DNA of 64,000 nt from Magnetococcales bacterium (GTDB lineage: Bacteria > Pseudomonadota > Magnetococcia > Magnetococcales > UBA8363): NCBI GenBank assembly GCA_015660855.1, contig JACSDG010000028.1, forward strand, positions 8,685 through 72,684, given 5' to 3'. Below are positions 35,496-44,854 of the stretch, in pieces. Every line of letters starts with the position of its first letter. The stretch's first letter is position 1. The notes beneath the pieces are model-generated. The model did no database searches. It had not been told where the DNA came from and worked only from the letters and a program-made list of their open reading frames with translations. The translations under genes were made by a program, and so were the position numbers.

Positions 35496-38400
35496 ATGAC
35501 CTACGATCCCTTGATAGTTTTGCCGGGTGGGGATGCCTTGACCTTGTTTCAACGGCAACGCCTGGAACAACAGGTGAGGGGGCAGGTCGTCCATGCGGTC
35601 TATGTTTATTGCGCCAGCCTTATTTCCCCTCTCGACAATCAAGATGAAGAGCGTCTCAAGGCACTCTTGGAAGTTGGCGGGAACATACAGGTACCTTTTG
35701 CGGCCGGGGACTTTCTTGTGCTTCCGCGTCTGGGGACCATCTCTCCCTGGTCCACCAAGGCGACGGAAATCCTGCATAATGTCGGCTTGACGAAGATACG
35801 TCGCCTTGAACGTGGGGTGATTTATCGTTTTGCGGGTCAGAACTTGGATATTGAAAAATGGATCCATGACCGCATGACGCAGCAGGTGTGGCCCCATCTG
35901 GAATCCATGCACTTTCTTTTTTCCACGCCCGATCCCCGATCCCTGGCGCGAGTGGGGATCCTGGCGGGTGGCATGGCGGCGTTGCGAGGAGCCAATCACA
36001 ACCTGGGGCTGGCCCTTTCCCAGGAGGAAATGGATTATCTTCTCGAATCCTTCACCAGGCTGGGACGTGACCCTTCGGACGCCGAATTGATGATGTTCGC
36101 CCAGGCCAATTCGGAACATTGTCGCCATAAAATATTCAACGCCTCCTGGACCATCAACGGTATTTCACAGGAAAAAACAACCCTGTTTGGCATGATCCGT
36201 CATACCGAGGCGGTATCACCCCTGGGGACAATCAGTGCCTACAAGGACAACGCTGCCATCATGGAAGGAGGTCCGGGACACTCTTTTCATCCCGACCCCA
36301 AGACCTCATGTTATGACTTCCATGAAGATGACATCGCCATCCTCATGAAGGTGGAAACCCATAACCATCCCACCGCCATTTCCCCATTTTCCGGGGCGGC
36401 GACCGGGTCGGGGGGGGAGTTGCGCGATGAAGGAGCGACGGGGATCGGTGGCCTTCCCAAGGGGGGGCTAACCGGTTTTTGTGTCTCCAATCTGCTCCTT
36501 CCCGATGCCAGACAACCCTGGGAAATTGAAAGTGGACGCCCAGAGCGGATTGTCTCCGCCCTGGACATCATGCTGGAAGGGCCGTTGGGTGCCGCCGCTT
36601 TCAATAACGAATTTGGCCGCCCAGCCCTGGGCGGTTATTTTCGCACCTTTGAAATGGAATTCGATGGCGAGGTCCGGGGTTATCACAAACCCATCATGAT
36701 TGCCGGTGGCATGGGTCATGTTTTTCGCAAACATGGCAGCAAAAAATCGCTTCCCCCCGGGGCACTCATCGTACAGATTGGTGGTCCGGCCATGCTCATC
36801 GGTTTGGGAGGGGGGGCCGCTTCGTCCCAGACGAGTGGATCGGGGCAGGCGGAATTGGATTTTGCCTCGGTGCAACGGGAAAACCCGGAAATGCAGCGGC
36901 GTTGCCAGGAGGTGATCAACCGTTGCCGCCAACGGGGGCCGGACAATCCCATCCTCTCCATCCACGATGTGGGGGCGGGGGGACTGTCCAATGCCGTTCC
37001 CGAAATCATCCATGGTGCGGAAAGAGGGGGCCGGTTTGAATTGACCCACATTCCCAATGATGACCCGGGCATGTCCCCCATGGAAATATGGTGCAACGAA
37101 GCCCAGGAACGTTATGTCCTGGCCATTGCCGAGGGTGATCGGGAAACATTTGCCGAAATTTGTCGTCGGGAACGCTGTCCCTGGTCGGTCCTTGGGGTCG
37201 CCACCCAGGAAGAAAAATTGCTCTTGCAAGATGCCCGTGGTGGCGATCCCCCCATCGACATGCCTTTGGACCTGTTGTTTGGCAAGCCACCCCGAATGCA
37301 CCGGGTAGTTGCGCGACAAAAACGCGATGTCGCCGATTTTCGTCCCCAATTGGAACTTGCCGAGGCGGTGGCGCGGGTGTTGCGCCTGCCGACGGTAGCC
37401 GACAAGGGATTTTTGATCACCATCGGCGACCGTTCGGTCACGGGGATGGTTTGTCGCGACCCGATGGTATCACCGTGGCAAGTCCCGGTGGCCGATGTGG
37501 CGGTGACAGCCAGGGGATATGTCGGATGGGCGGGAGAAGCCATGGCCATGGGTGAACGACCACCGGTGGCTTTGGTCAACGCCGCAGCCTCGGCCCGACT
37601 GGCGGTGGCCGAGGCCATTACCAATCTGGCAGCGGCGTGCATCGAATCCCTGTCCCATGTCAAACTGTCCGCCAATTGGATGGCTCCGGCGGGGCATCCG
37701 GGGGAAGATGCCAACCTGTTCGACGCCGTGGCGGCTGTGGGATTGGAATTGTGCCCGGCTTTGGGGGTAGGTATCCCGGTGGGAAAGGATTCCCTTTCCC
37801 TCAAGACGGTTTGGCGTGTGGGAGAAGAGGAAAAATCGGTGACGGCACCGGTCTCTCTGGTGGTGTCGGCATTCGCTCCGGTGACCGATATACGGCGGAC
37901 ATTGACGCCACAACTGGTGTCTCTGGACAATGAAACCGATTTGATCCTGGTGGATCTGGGGCGTGGCCGCAATCGCCTGGGGGCTTCGGCCCTGGCCCAG
38001 GTGCATGGTGAGGTGGGAGGATCTCCAGCGGATCTGGATGATCCACAAGACTTGAAGAACTTTTTTGCCGCCATCCAAAAATTAAACCGAGACAAACTGT
38101 TGCTGGCCTATCACGACCGCAGCGATGGCGGACTGGTGGTTACCTTGTTGGAAATGGCCTTTGCCGGTCATTGTGGCTGGATGATCGACCTCCAACCCCT
38201 GGCCGGCGATCCCATGGCGATACTCTTCAGTGAAGAACCGGGGGCGGTGATTCAATCGTTGCGCAGCCATCGGGGACAGGTGTTGCATTCCCTTGAGGGA
38301 GTTGGCCAAGTGACCCTTTTGGGGAACCCCTTGAAGGGGGACTCGATTGCGATCAGAAACGGATCCCAGGTGTTGTATGCCGCTTCCCGTATCGAATTGC

Positions 38401-39341
38401 GTCGCATATGGTCGGAAACCAGTTGGCGTATGCGTACCTTGCGGGATAACCCAGCCACGGCCATAGAAGAATTTGATGGATTGCTTGCGGTTGATGATCC
38501 GGGGATGACCATTCGTCTGACGTTTGCGCCTGCGGCGGCAGTCAAGGTTGGAAAACCCCGTCCACGGGTTGCCATTTTGCGAGAGCAGGGGGTCAATGGG
38601 CAGGTGGAAATGGCGGCGGCCTTCCACAGGGCTGGCTTTGAGGCGGTGGATGTGACGATGACCGATCTGTTGGCCAAACCGCAATCACTCGAAGGTTTTT
38701 CTGGCTTGGCGGCTTGTGGTGGTTTTTCCTATGGTGATGTTTTGGGGGCGGGTGTCGGTTGGGCCAAGACCATTTTGTTTCATCCAGACCTCAGGGAAGC
38801 TTTTGGGGCGTTTTTTCACCGTCCGGAGACCTTTACTCTGGGGGTGTGCAATGGTTGTCAAATGTTGAGCCACCTTAAAGATCTCATTCCGGGTGCGAAC
38901 AACTGGCCGGTCTTTAAAAACAATGTCAGTGCCCGTTTCGAGGCACGTGTCGTTTCCCTGGCCATTCCTGCCAACCGGTCGATTTTTTTCTCAGGGATGG
39001 AGAATTCCATTTTGCCGGTCCCGGTCGCCCACGGCGAGGGGCGAGCCGTTTTCGCCGACGAAAAAACGGTGCATAATTTTTTTGAACAAAATCTGGTGGT
39101 GGCCCGCTATGCCGACGGTCATGGCCAACCGACGCAACGTTATCCGCACAATCCCAATGGATCGGTGTCGGGTATTGCCGGGGTGACCAGTCGCGACGGT
39201 CGGGCCACCATTTTGATGCCGCATCCGGAAAGGGTGTTTCGCAGCGTGACCAACAGTTGGTATCCCCCTTCCTGGGGTGAGGATGGTCCATGGTTGCGTC
39301 TTTTCACCAATGCAAGCGCATGGGTTGCGCAACATCGTTGA
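35496..39341 (+). CDS. purL: Phosphoribosylformylglycinamidine synthase (single-chain, large PurL)
   Basis: 1281 aa with the N-terminal PurS-like region, FGAM synthetase core (ETHNHPTAISPFSGAATGSGG; DVGAGGLSNA) and a C-terminal glutaminase (GVCNGCQML...HGEG). Confidence 0.95.
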   Translation: MTYDPLIVLPGGDALTLFQRQRLEQQVRGQVVHAVYVYCASLISPLDNQDEERLKALLEVGGNIQVPFAAGDFLVLPRLGTISPWSTKATEILHNVGLTKIRRLERGVIYRFAGQNLDIEKWIHDRMTQQVWPHLESMHFLFSTPDPRSLARVGILAGGMAALRGANHNLGLALSQEEMDYLLESFTRLGRDPSDAELMMFAQANSEHCRHKIFNASWTINGISQEKTTLFGMIRHTEAVSPLGTISAYKDNAAIMEGGPGHSFHPDPKTSCYDFHEDDIAILMKVETHNHPTAISPFSGAATGSGGELRDEGATGIGGLPKGGLTGFCVSNLLLPDARQPWEIESGRPERIVSALDIMLEGPLGAAAFNNEFGRPALGGYFRTFEMEFDGEVRGYHKPIMIAGGMGHVFRKHGSKKSLPPGALIVQIGGPAMLIGLGGGAASSQTSGSGQAELDFASVQRENPEMQRRCQEVINRCRQRGPDNPILSIHDVGAGGLSNAVPEIIHGAERGGRFELTHIPNDDPGMSPMEIWCNEAQERYVLAIAEGDRETFAEICRRERCPWSVLGVATQEEKLLLQDARGGDPPIDMPLDLLFGKPPRMHRVVARQKRDVADFRPQLELAEAVARVLRLPTVADKGFLITIGDRSVTGMVCRDPMVSPWQVPVADVAVTARGYVGWAGEAMAMGERPPVALVNAAASARLAVAEAITNLAAACIESLSHVKLSANWMAPAGHPGEDANLFDAVAAVGLELCPALGVGIPVGKDSLSLKTVWRVGEEEKSVTAPVSLVVSAFAPVTDIRRTLTPQLVSLDNETDLILVDLGRGRNRLGASALAQVHGEVGGSPADLDDPQDLKNFFAAIQKLNRDKLLLAYHDRSDGGLVVTLLEMAFAGHCGWMIDLQPLAGDPMAILFSEEPGAVIQSLRSHRGQVLHSLEGVGQVTLLGNPLKGDSIAIRNGSQVLYAASRIELRRIWSETSWRMRTLRDNPATAIEEFDGLLAVDDPGMTIRLTFAPAAAVKVGKPRPRVAILREQGVNGQVEMAAAFHRAGFEAVDVTMTDLLAKPQSLEGFSGLAACGGFSYGDVLGAGVGWAKTILFHPDLREAFGAFFHRPETFTLGVCNGCQMLSHLKDLIPGANNWPVFKNNVSARFEARVVSLAIPANRSIFFSGMENSILPVPVAHGEGRAVFADEKTVHNFFEQNLVVARYADGHGQPTQRYPHNPNGSVSGIAGVTSRDGRATILMPHPERVFRSVTNSWYPPSWGEDGPWLRLFTNASAWVAQHR

Positions 39342-39362
39342 TCGGGGCTTTTGGAGGGGACC

Positions 39363-40145
39363 ATGGCAAAAAACGATGAAGAAGAACAGGAAGATACCGC
39401 AGAGGATTCATCCGATGCGGGTGGGACGGAGCGAAAAAAAAATCTGCGCAAGGGCGTAGTCATCGTTTCCGTAACCCTGATTCTCCTGGGGTGGGGCTTT
39501 ATTGCGGTTTATAAAATTTTTTTTACGTCCAATGAACATGAAATCGCAGCCCGAGAAATGCAATTACAACTGGTGGCGGAGCAAAAACTGGCGCGCAAAA
39601 ATGTGATACGCGGCCAGTGGTTTACAGGAAAAATTCCCGTACTGCTGCCAATTCCTTACCAACCCCTCGAAGGAGCGGATGGGGAAAAAAAACCTTCGGA
39701 AAAAGATGCGAAAACTTTGAAACCGGCAGAAGCGGAGGAAGAGGAAGGGGTGGAAAAAACTCTCGGGGGTGACATTATCTATACGATGGGGGAGGAAAGG
39801 TGGATCGGACCCAAAGGGGACAATGAGGCCGTTGTGGTTGTGGATCGGTTGCGGGTTGGCGTCGATGGCTTTGGCAACAAGATTGTTCGCGGTCGTATCG
39901 CCAACCAGGGAGGAAAAAGTCTGGCTCAGGTTTTGATGTTCATCGATTTCACAGGGTCTGGTGGCGCAGCCGTGCAATCCCGGTTGGTCAATCCGCTGGT
40001 TGTTTCCGGTGGTCTGTTTGGCGACCGGGTTCAAAGCCTTAAACCGGGAGACAGTCGATCATTTCAGGTGGATGCCACCGATCTTCCCAGTTCCTGGTCG
40101 GGAGCGGTGGTGGCACGGATACAATCGCACCATTTTCTGCCATGA
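39363..40145 (+). CDS. Hypothetical membrane-anchored protein (acidic N-terminus, single TM)
   Basis: ATG 39363 after GGAGGGGA. The stop overlaps the maf ATG (ATGA), suggesting co-translation. No motif recognised. Confidence 0.55.
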   Translation: MAKNDEEEQEDTAEDSSDAGGTERKKNLRKGVVIVSVTLILLGWGFIAVYKIFFTSNEHEIAAREMQLQLVAEQKLARKNVIRGQWFTGKIPVLLPIPYQPLEGADGEKKPSEKDAKTLKPAEAEEEEGVEKTLGGDIIYTMGEERWIGPKGDNEAVVVVDRLRVGVDGFGNKIVRGRIANQGGKSLAQVLMFIDFTGSGGAAVQSRLVNPLVVSGGLFGDRVQSLKPGDSRSFQVDATDLPSSWSGAVVARIQSHHFLP

Positions 40146-40723
40146 ATCCGTCCCCCATCATCCTGGCATCCACCTCCGTGTATCGACGCATGTTGCTGAC
40201 CCGGCTTGGTTTGACGTTTGATTGTGTCCGCCCCGATTGCGCCGAGGATCCCCTCCCCGATGAAAATCCCCATAATCTGGTAGCACGACTGTCCGAAGCC
40301 AAAGCACGTTCGGTTGCCGTCCATCATCCCGGTGCCATCGTTATCGGTTCGGACCAAGTGGCCGTGTTGGACCATCAGGTCATGGGAAAACCGCTGACCA
40401 TTGAAAATGCCGTGGCACAACTGCGTCAGGCCTCAGGACGCCAGGTGGTTTTTTATACCGGGGTGTGCTGCCTGGGGGGATTGGACGATTGCCAGGTCGA
40501 TGTCGTCTTAACCTGGGTTCATTTCAGAACCTTGAATGTGGATACCATCGATCGTTATGTTGCCCGGGATCTGCCACTGGATTGCGCTGGATCGTTTAAA
40601 TCGGAGGGATTGGGGATTACACTGTTTGAAAAGATGGGAGGAGACGATCCCACAGCACTCATGGGATTACCGTTGATGCGTTTATGTCGCATGTTGGAGC
40701 AGGCGGGGGTGACAATCTATTGA
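40142..40723 (+). CDS. maf: Maf-like nucleoside triphosphate pyrophosphatase (YceF/YhdE family)
   Basis: IILASTSVYRRMLL..LGL.F....D..E....; GSDQV...; GKP....A...L...SG; CAGSFKSEGLGI.LF. Confidence 0.88.
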   Translation: MNPSPIILASTSVYRRMLLTRLGLTFDCVRPDCAEDPLPDENPHNLVARLSEAKARSVAVHHPGAIVIGSDQVAVLDHQVMGKPLTIENAVAQLRQASGRQVVFYTGVCCLGGLDDCQVDVVLTWVHFRTLNVDTIDRYVARDLPLDCAGSFKSEGLGITLFEKMGGDDPTALMGLPLMRLCRMLEQAGVTIY

Positions 40724-40767
40724 AACGTGTCGCTGTTGAAAACACTCCAGCAACAGGAGACGACCGC

Positions 40768-41772
40768 ATGAAAAACAGGCTTTGGCTTGGATCTCGGTAT
40801 TTAATCGTTATTTTTTCATTGTTTATCCAGGTAAATCCATCGGTTGTCCAGGCTGACGGTGGGTTGTCGGCTCCCGAATTCACCGACCCGGCCATGTTGG
40901 CCCAGCGACCCGAAGATTGGCAGCGCAAACCGATTCATTATGAATCGTGGGCTGAAAAGGCCAATGTGGCCATAACCCTGGATCAGCATCAGTATGCCGC
41001 CCTCAAAGATGCCATCGGGCAATTTTCCCAAAAGACAGGTTGGCTTGTCGCTTCCAGGGAGGGAAATTGTGGTACGTCGGAGGCATCAATCGACAAAAAG
41101 CAGGTGGATATTGCTGGCTTTTGTTGTCCACCGTCCACCCGTGATCGCTTGCCGGGATTGAAATATCACACGCTGGGAATCGCTGCCCTGGCCATATTGG
41201 TCCATCGCGATAATCCGGTTGGAAATTTAACCCTTGAAGAAATTCGTGCCATTTTTTCCGGAAGGATCAAAAACTGGTCGCAAATCATCGGTGCGAACAA
41301 GCTGGGAGATTTGCCCGTGATTCCCGTCGGTCGTTTGCACTGTAATACCCGTCCTGGCCACTGGCGCACAATATTGCCGGACGAAAACGATTTTTCCCCC
41401 CATCTCACCGAAGTGGGAACAGTCCCGGATATGATCGCCACCGTTGCAGGAAATCCGGGAGCCATTGGTTATGAAGTTTTGTGGAACAGAACCCGGTTTG
41501 ATCGAAAAGGTTTGGTCAAGCCTGTTTGGGTGGACGGCATTTCCCCAGAAGATGACCGGGCCGTGGCCTCGGGTCGCTATCCTTTTTATCGGGTTGAAAA
41601 TATCAGTTCATGGGAAACACCCTCGATGAAAAACGCTGCGGCCTCCAGCCTGGTCATGTACCTGCGGGAAAATGTTGCGTATCTCAATCCTGTTTACCGA
41701 ATTGTCGGGTATCAATGGCTCCGGGAAAATGGGTGGCGTTTTGATGGGGATGAACTGATCGGAAGACCTTGA
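40768..41772 (+). CDS. Periplasmic substrate-binding protein, PstS/PBP-like-2 family
   Basis: Signal peptide (LIVIFSLFIQVNPSVVQA), then GAIGYEVLW and IKNWSQI motifs reminiscent of phosphate-binding-like proteins. ATG 40768 is preceded by AGGAGA. Confidence 0.65.
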   Translation: MKNRLWLGSRYLIVIFSLFIQVNPSVVQADGGLSAPEFTDPAMLAQRPEDWQRKPIHYESWAEKANVAITLDQHQYAALKDAIGQFSQKTGWLVASREGNCGTSEASIDKKQVDIAGFCCPPSTRDRLPGLKYHTLGIAALAILVHRDNPVGNLTLEEIRAIFSGRIKNWSQIIGANKLGDLPVIPVGRLHCNTRPGHWRTILPDENDFSPHLTEVGTVPDMIATVAGNPGAIGYEVLWNRTRFDRKGLVKPVWVDGISPEDDRAVASGRYPFYRVENISSWETPSMKNAAASSLVMYLRENVAYLNPVYRIVGYQWLRENGWRFDGDELIGRP

Positions 41773-41803
41773 TGTATCGGAAAAAATAAAACACTCCTTA
41801 AAT

Positions 41804-41830
41804 TTGTTTTGTGCCCGAAGGGCATGATAT
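41804..41830 (-). repeat. NH-REP fragment (H1 hairpin only)
   Basis: ttgttttgTGCCCgaaGGGCAtgat. Confidence 0.5.
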
Positions 41831-41884
41831 TCCAACGTTGCAGCTTTTTCCCAAAACCAACAAACAAAAACCAAAAGGAAAGGG

Positions 41885-42892
41885 ATGACCACCCAGGAAA
41901 GCTCTGAAAAATGTCCCAACGATGAATTTGACGTGCCCTGGAAGGATATACTGGAGGCTTATTTTCCGGAATTTTTGGAGTTTTTTCTGCCGGTCGCTTA
42001 TAACGGTATCGATTGGACACGAGGATTTGAGTTTCTCGACAAAGAGTTGTCCCGCATCACCCGTGAATCTCAGATTGGTGATCGGCGCATGGATAAGCTG
42101 GTCAAAGTGTGGCGGTGCGATGGCGTTGAACTCTGGGTTTTGATTCACATTGAAATCCAGGGAGATCGTAAGCCGAACTTTGAGTTGGGAATGTACGTCT
42201 ACCAGTACAGGGCTTTCGATCTCTATCAAGTGCCGGTGGTCGGTTTGGCCATACTTGCGGATGAGGAAGTTGGTTGGCGACCCACAGAATTTCGTTATGA
42301 TCTTTGGGGGACGAAACAGAGCTATCAATTTACGGCGGTCAAGTTATTGGACTATCCGGAGGCTGGTCTGGAGAAATCCAGTAATCCGTTTGCGATTGTC
42401 ACCTTGGCGCATCTTCATGCCAAAAGGACCAAACACCGAACGCAAGATCGTTACCAGGCGAAGTGGAAATTGACACGAAAACTGTATCAAAGTGGTTTTA
42501 CGCGCCAGCAGGTGATTGATCTGTTTCGGTTTATTGACTGGGTACTCCATTTGCCGGAAGAACTTGATGATCAATTGCGTATGGAAATTGTTGCCTTCGA
42601 GGAGAACCAGAAAATGCCATATGTTTCGAGTATAGAACGGATTGGGATTCGGATCGGTAAGCAGATAGGTGAGCAGATAGGTGAGCAGAGAGGTGAACAG
42701 AGAGGTGAGCAGAAAGGTGAGCAGAAAGGTGGAGCAAAAATGCTGACACGCCAGTTGCAGCGCCGCTTCGGTACCGTGCCTGACTGGGTCAGTGAAAAAG
42801 TCGCAAAGGCCGAGCTGTCCTCTCTGGAAGAGTGGGGTTTGCGATTTGTGGATGCCCAGTCACTGGAAGATGTTTTTTCGAGCCGGGGGTAA
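41885..42892 (+). CDS. Rpn-family recombination-promoting nuclease / putative transposase with a DUF4351-like C-terminus
   Basis: N-terminus DVPWKDILEAYFPEFLEFFLP...DKEL...RRMDKLVKVW...VLIHIEIQ is the PD-(D/E)XK Rpn-type pattern. The C-terminus LTRQLQRRFG.VP..V..KV..A....LEEW......A.SLEDVF is DUF4351-like. Confidence 0.68.
   Translation: MTTQESSEKCPNDEFDVPWKDILEAYFPEFLEFFLPVAYNGIDWTRGFEFLDKELSRITRESQIGDRRMDKLVKVWRCDGVELWVLIHIEIQGDRKPNFELGMYVYQYRAFDLYQVPVVGLAILADEEVGWRPTEFRYDLWGTKQSYQFTAVKLLDYPEAGLEKSSNPFAIVTLAHLHAKRTKHRTQDRYQAKWKLTRKLYQSGFTRQQVIDLFRFIDWVLHLPEELDDQLRMEIVAFEENQKMPYVSSIERIGIRIGKQIGEQIGEQRGEQRGEQKGEQKGGAKMLTRQLQRRFGTVPDWVSEKVAKAELSSLEEWGLRFVDAQSLEDVFSSRG
42656..42739 (+). repeat. 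Seven tandem 12-bp units GGTGAGCAGA(T/G/A)A inside the Rpn-family gene
   Basis: The units encode GKQI-GEQI-GEQR-GEQR-GEQK-GEQK-GGAK. Each starts every 12 nt from 42656. Confidence 0.9.
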
Positions 42893-42904
42893 GTCAGGGC
42901 ACTT

Positions 42905-44854
42905 ATGATCAAGGCCAAATTGAATAGCCACCTGCGCAACCTGCCCCTGGCACTGAAGGCTGTACTGTTGACCACAAGCCTGAGCCTTGTTCTTTGGATC
43001 GTTATTGATCATTTTCACCATTGGAACATGGAAAAAATTGTTAATAATTTTTCCATGCAGGAGTTGCAGCAACGGACCTCCGTTCACTGGGGCAGATTGG
43101 ATACCTACATTCGTTCCCAGAGCCAAGTGGCGCAACTGCTGGTCCAACGGCAGGCCTTTTTGGATTATCTGAACGGGCAATGGGATCGAAAGGAAGGAGA
43201 TGCCGGGCCGGTGGTCCCTGTCCGGCACAGGGATGTCCCTCCGTGGCTTCCCGACAGGACTGTTTTACAGGAGCTACTTTTTTCACCCCATTGGCTTCTC
43301 CTGGATCCCCAGGGGAAGGTGCGTGAGATATACCGGGAAACAGACTTTGATTCGGATCTGCCCGAATCTCTGACGAAGGAACTGACGGCTGGGATAGCGG
43401 ACGTAAAAAATGTGGATTCCATCCGCCTAGTGGACAAAATGGTCTATCTGGTAACCCATATCAAGGTTGTGGATTCATCCGCCAGCCTACGGGCATTCCT
43501 GGTTTTGGTGACCCCCTTGGACGATACTTTTCTCATGTCTGTTCAGGCGAAGTCAAACACAAATGACATCATAATTTTCCTTGAAGCGGAAGGGCAATAC
43601 GTTTCCGCTTCAAGCCATCCCGGAGTGATCCCCACAGGGACGGCTGTTGCGGCGTTGAGAAAAAAATACATCCTAAATAATAGAACTTTTCTTGACTGTA
43701 AATTTTCTGTCGATAGTTTCGTTCGCATGGCCTCTCTTGTTCCGTTATCCAGGGTAGACGAATTGAGTCAAAGTGTGGCGCATGTTGATCGCAGTTTGCG
43801 TACGATTGGTTTTGCGGTGCTGTTGTTCCTGTTTTTTGGGATTATCCAATGGTTGGTGTGGCGAATTCGGGCCTTGACCCAGGAGATACTGATTTTTTCC
43901 AAGCAACATCTCGGATCGGAACCCGTTCGGGTTTTGGGGCGGGATCAACTGATGGTCATGGGCGATCAGCTACGTTTAATGATGGCGGCCATTGTCGAAT
44001 TTCGCGAACATTTGCGGGAACGTGAGCAAGAATTGACTCTCGCCAACAAATCGTTGTGGGAATCCCTGGTGATGGTCAAACGAACCCAATCCAAACTGCT
44101 GGAATCGGAAAAGATGGCCTATCTGGGCGGACTGGTAGCCGGGGTGGCCCACGAAATCAACACCCCGGTGGGCATAGGCATTACCGCTGCCTCTTTTCTC
44201 GAAAAAAAATGTCGCGATGTCCACGTCCGCATAGAATCGGGGGAATTGAAAAAATCGGAACTCGTATCTTTTATCGCTGATGCCAGAGAATCGTCGGAGA
44301 TGGTGTTGAACAACCTGCAACGCGCCGCCGAATTGATTCGCAGTTTCAAGCAGGTGGCGGTGGATCAAAGCAGCGAAGAAAAAAGAAATTTCAATTTTTG
44401 CCAATACATCCAGCAAATTTTCAAAAGCCTTCAGCCGCGGCTGAAAAAAACCCGGATCCAAATTTCTACAGACTGTCCCGATAATCTGGAATACAATGGG
44501 TTCCCAGGTGCGCTATCCCAAATCGTCACCAATCTGGTGGAAAACTCCCTGAAACACGGGTTTGATCCCGACGAACCTGGGGAAATACACTTGAGGGTGG
44601 ACATGCTGGACGACAATATTCGCTTGGTCTATAGCGATACCGGTCGCGGAATCGCCAAAGATGTTATTAGTCATATATTTGAACCTTTTTTTACCACGGC
44701 ACGCAATAAGGGTGGCAGCGGTTTGGGACTGCATATCGTCTACAACCTGACCACGCAAACGCTGGGGGGAAGCATCCAGTGTGAAAGCAGTCCGGGCAAG
44801 GGTGTGCGTTTCATGTTGGTTTTTCCGGGAACTGGGGAAGTTTTCCATGAATAA
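42905..44854 (+). CDS. Sensor histidine kinase (two-TM periplasmic sensor, HisKA + HATPase_c)
   Basis: H-box LVAGVAHEINTPVG, N-box NLVENSLKHGF, G-boxes DTGRGI and GGSGLGLHIV. Confidence 0.85.
   Translation: MIKAKLNSHLRNLPLALKAVLLTTSLSLVLWIVIDHFHHWNMEKIVNNFSMQELQQRTSVHWGRLDTYIRSQSQVAQLLVQRQAFLDYLNGQWDRKEGDAGPVVPVRHRDVPPWLPDRTVLQELLFSPHWLLLDPQGKVREIYRETDFDSDLPESLTKELTAGIADVKNVDSIRLVDKMVYLVTHIKVVDSSASLRAFLVLVTPLDDTFLMSVQAKSNTNDIIIFLEAEGQYVSASSHPGVIPTGTAVAALRKKYILNNRTFLDCKFSVDSFVRMASLVPLSRVDELSQSVAHVDRSLRTIGFAVLLFLFFGIIQWLVWRIRALTQEILIFSKQHLGSEPVRVLGRDQLMVMGDQLRLMMAAIVEFREHLREREQELTLANKSLWESLVMVKRTQSKLLESEKMAYLGGLVAGVAHEINTPVGIGITAASFLEKKCRDVHVRIESGELKKSELVSFIADARESSEMVLNNLQRAAELIRSFKQVAVDQSSEEKRNFNFCQYIQQIFKSLQPRLKKTRIQISTDCPDNLEYNGFPGALSQIVTNLVENSLKHGFDPDEPGEIHLRVDMLDDNIRLVYSDTGRGIAKDVISHIFEPFFTTARNKGGSGLGLHIVYNLTTQTLGGSIQCESSPGKGVRFMLVFPGTGEVFHE

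Noticed and set aside
36468-38095. Two long minus-strand ORFs (293 aa and 327 aa), plus several shorter ones
   Set aside because: All lie inside purL on the opposite strand. They are shadow ORFs of a long GC-rich gene.
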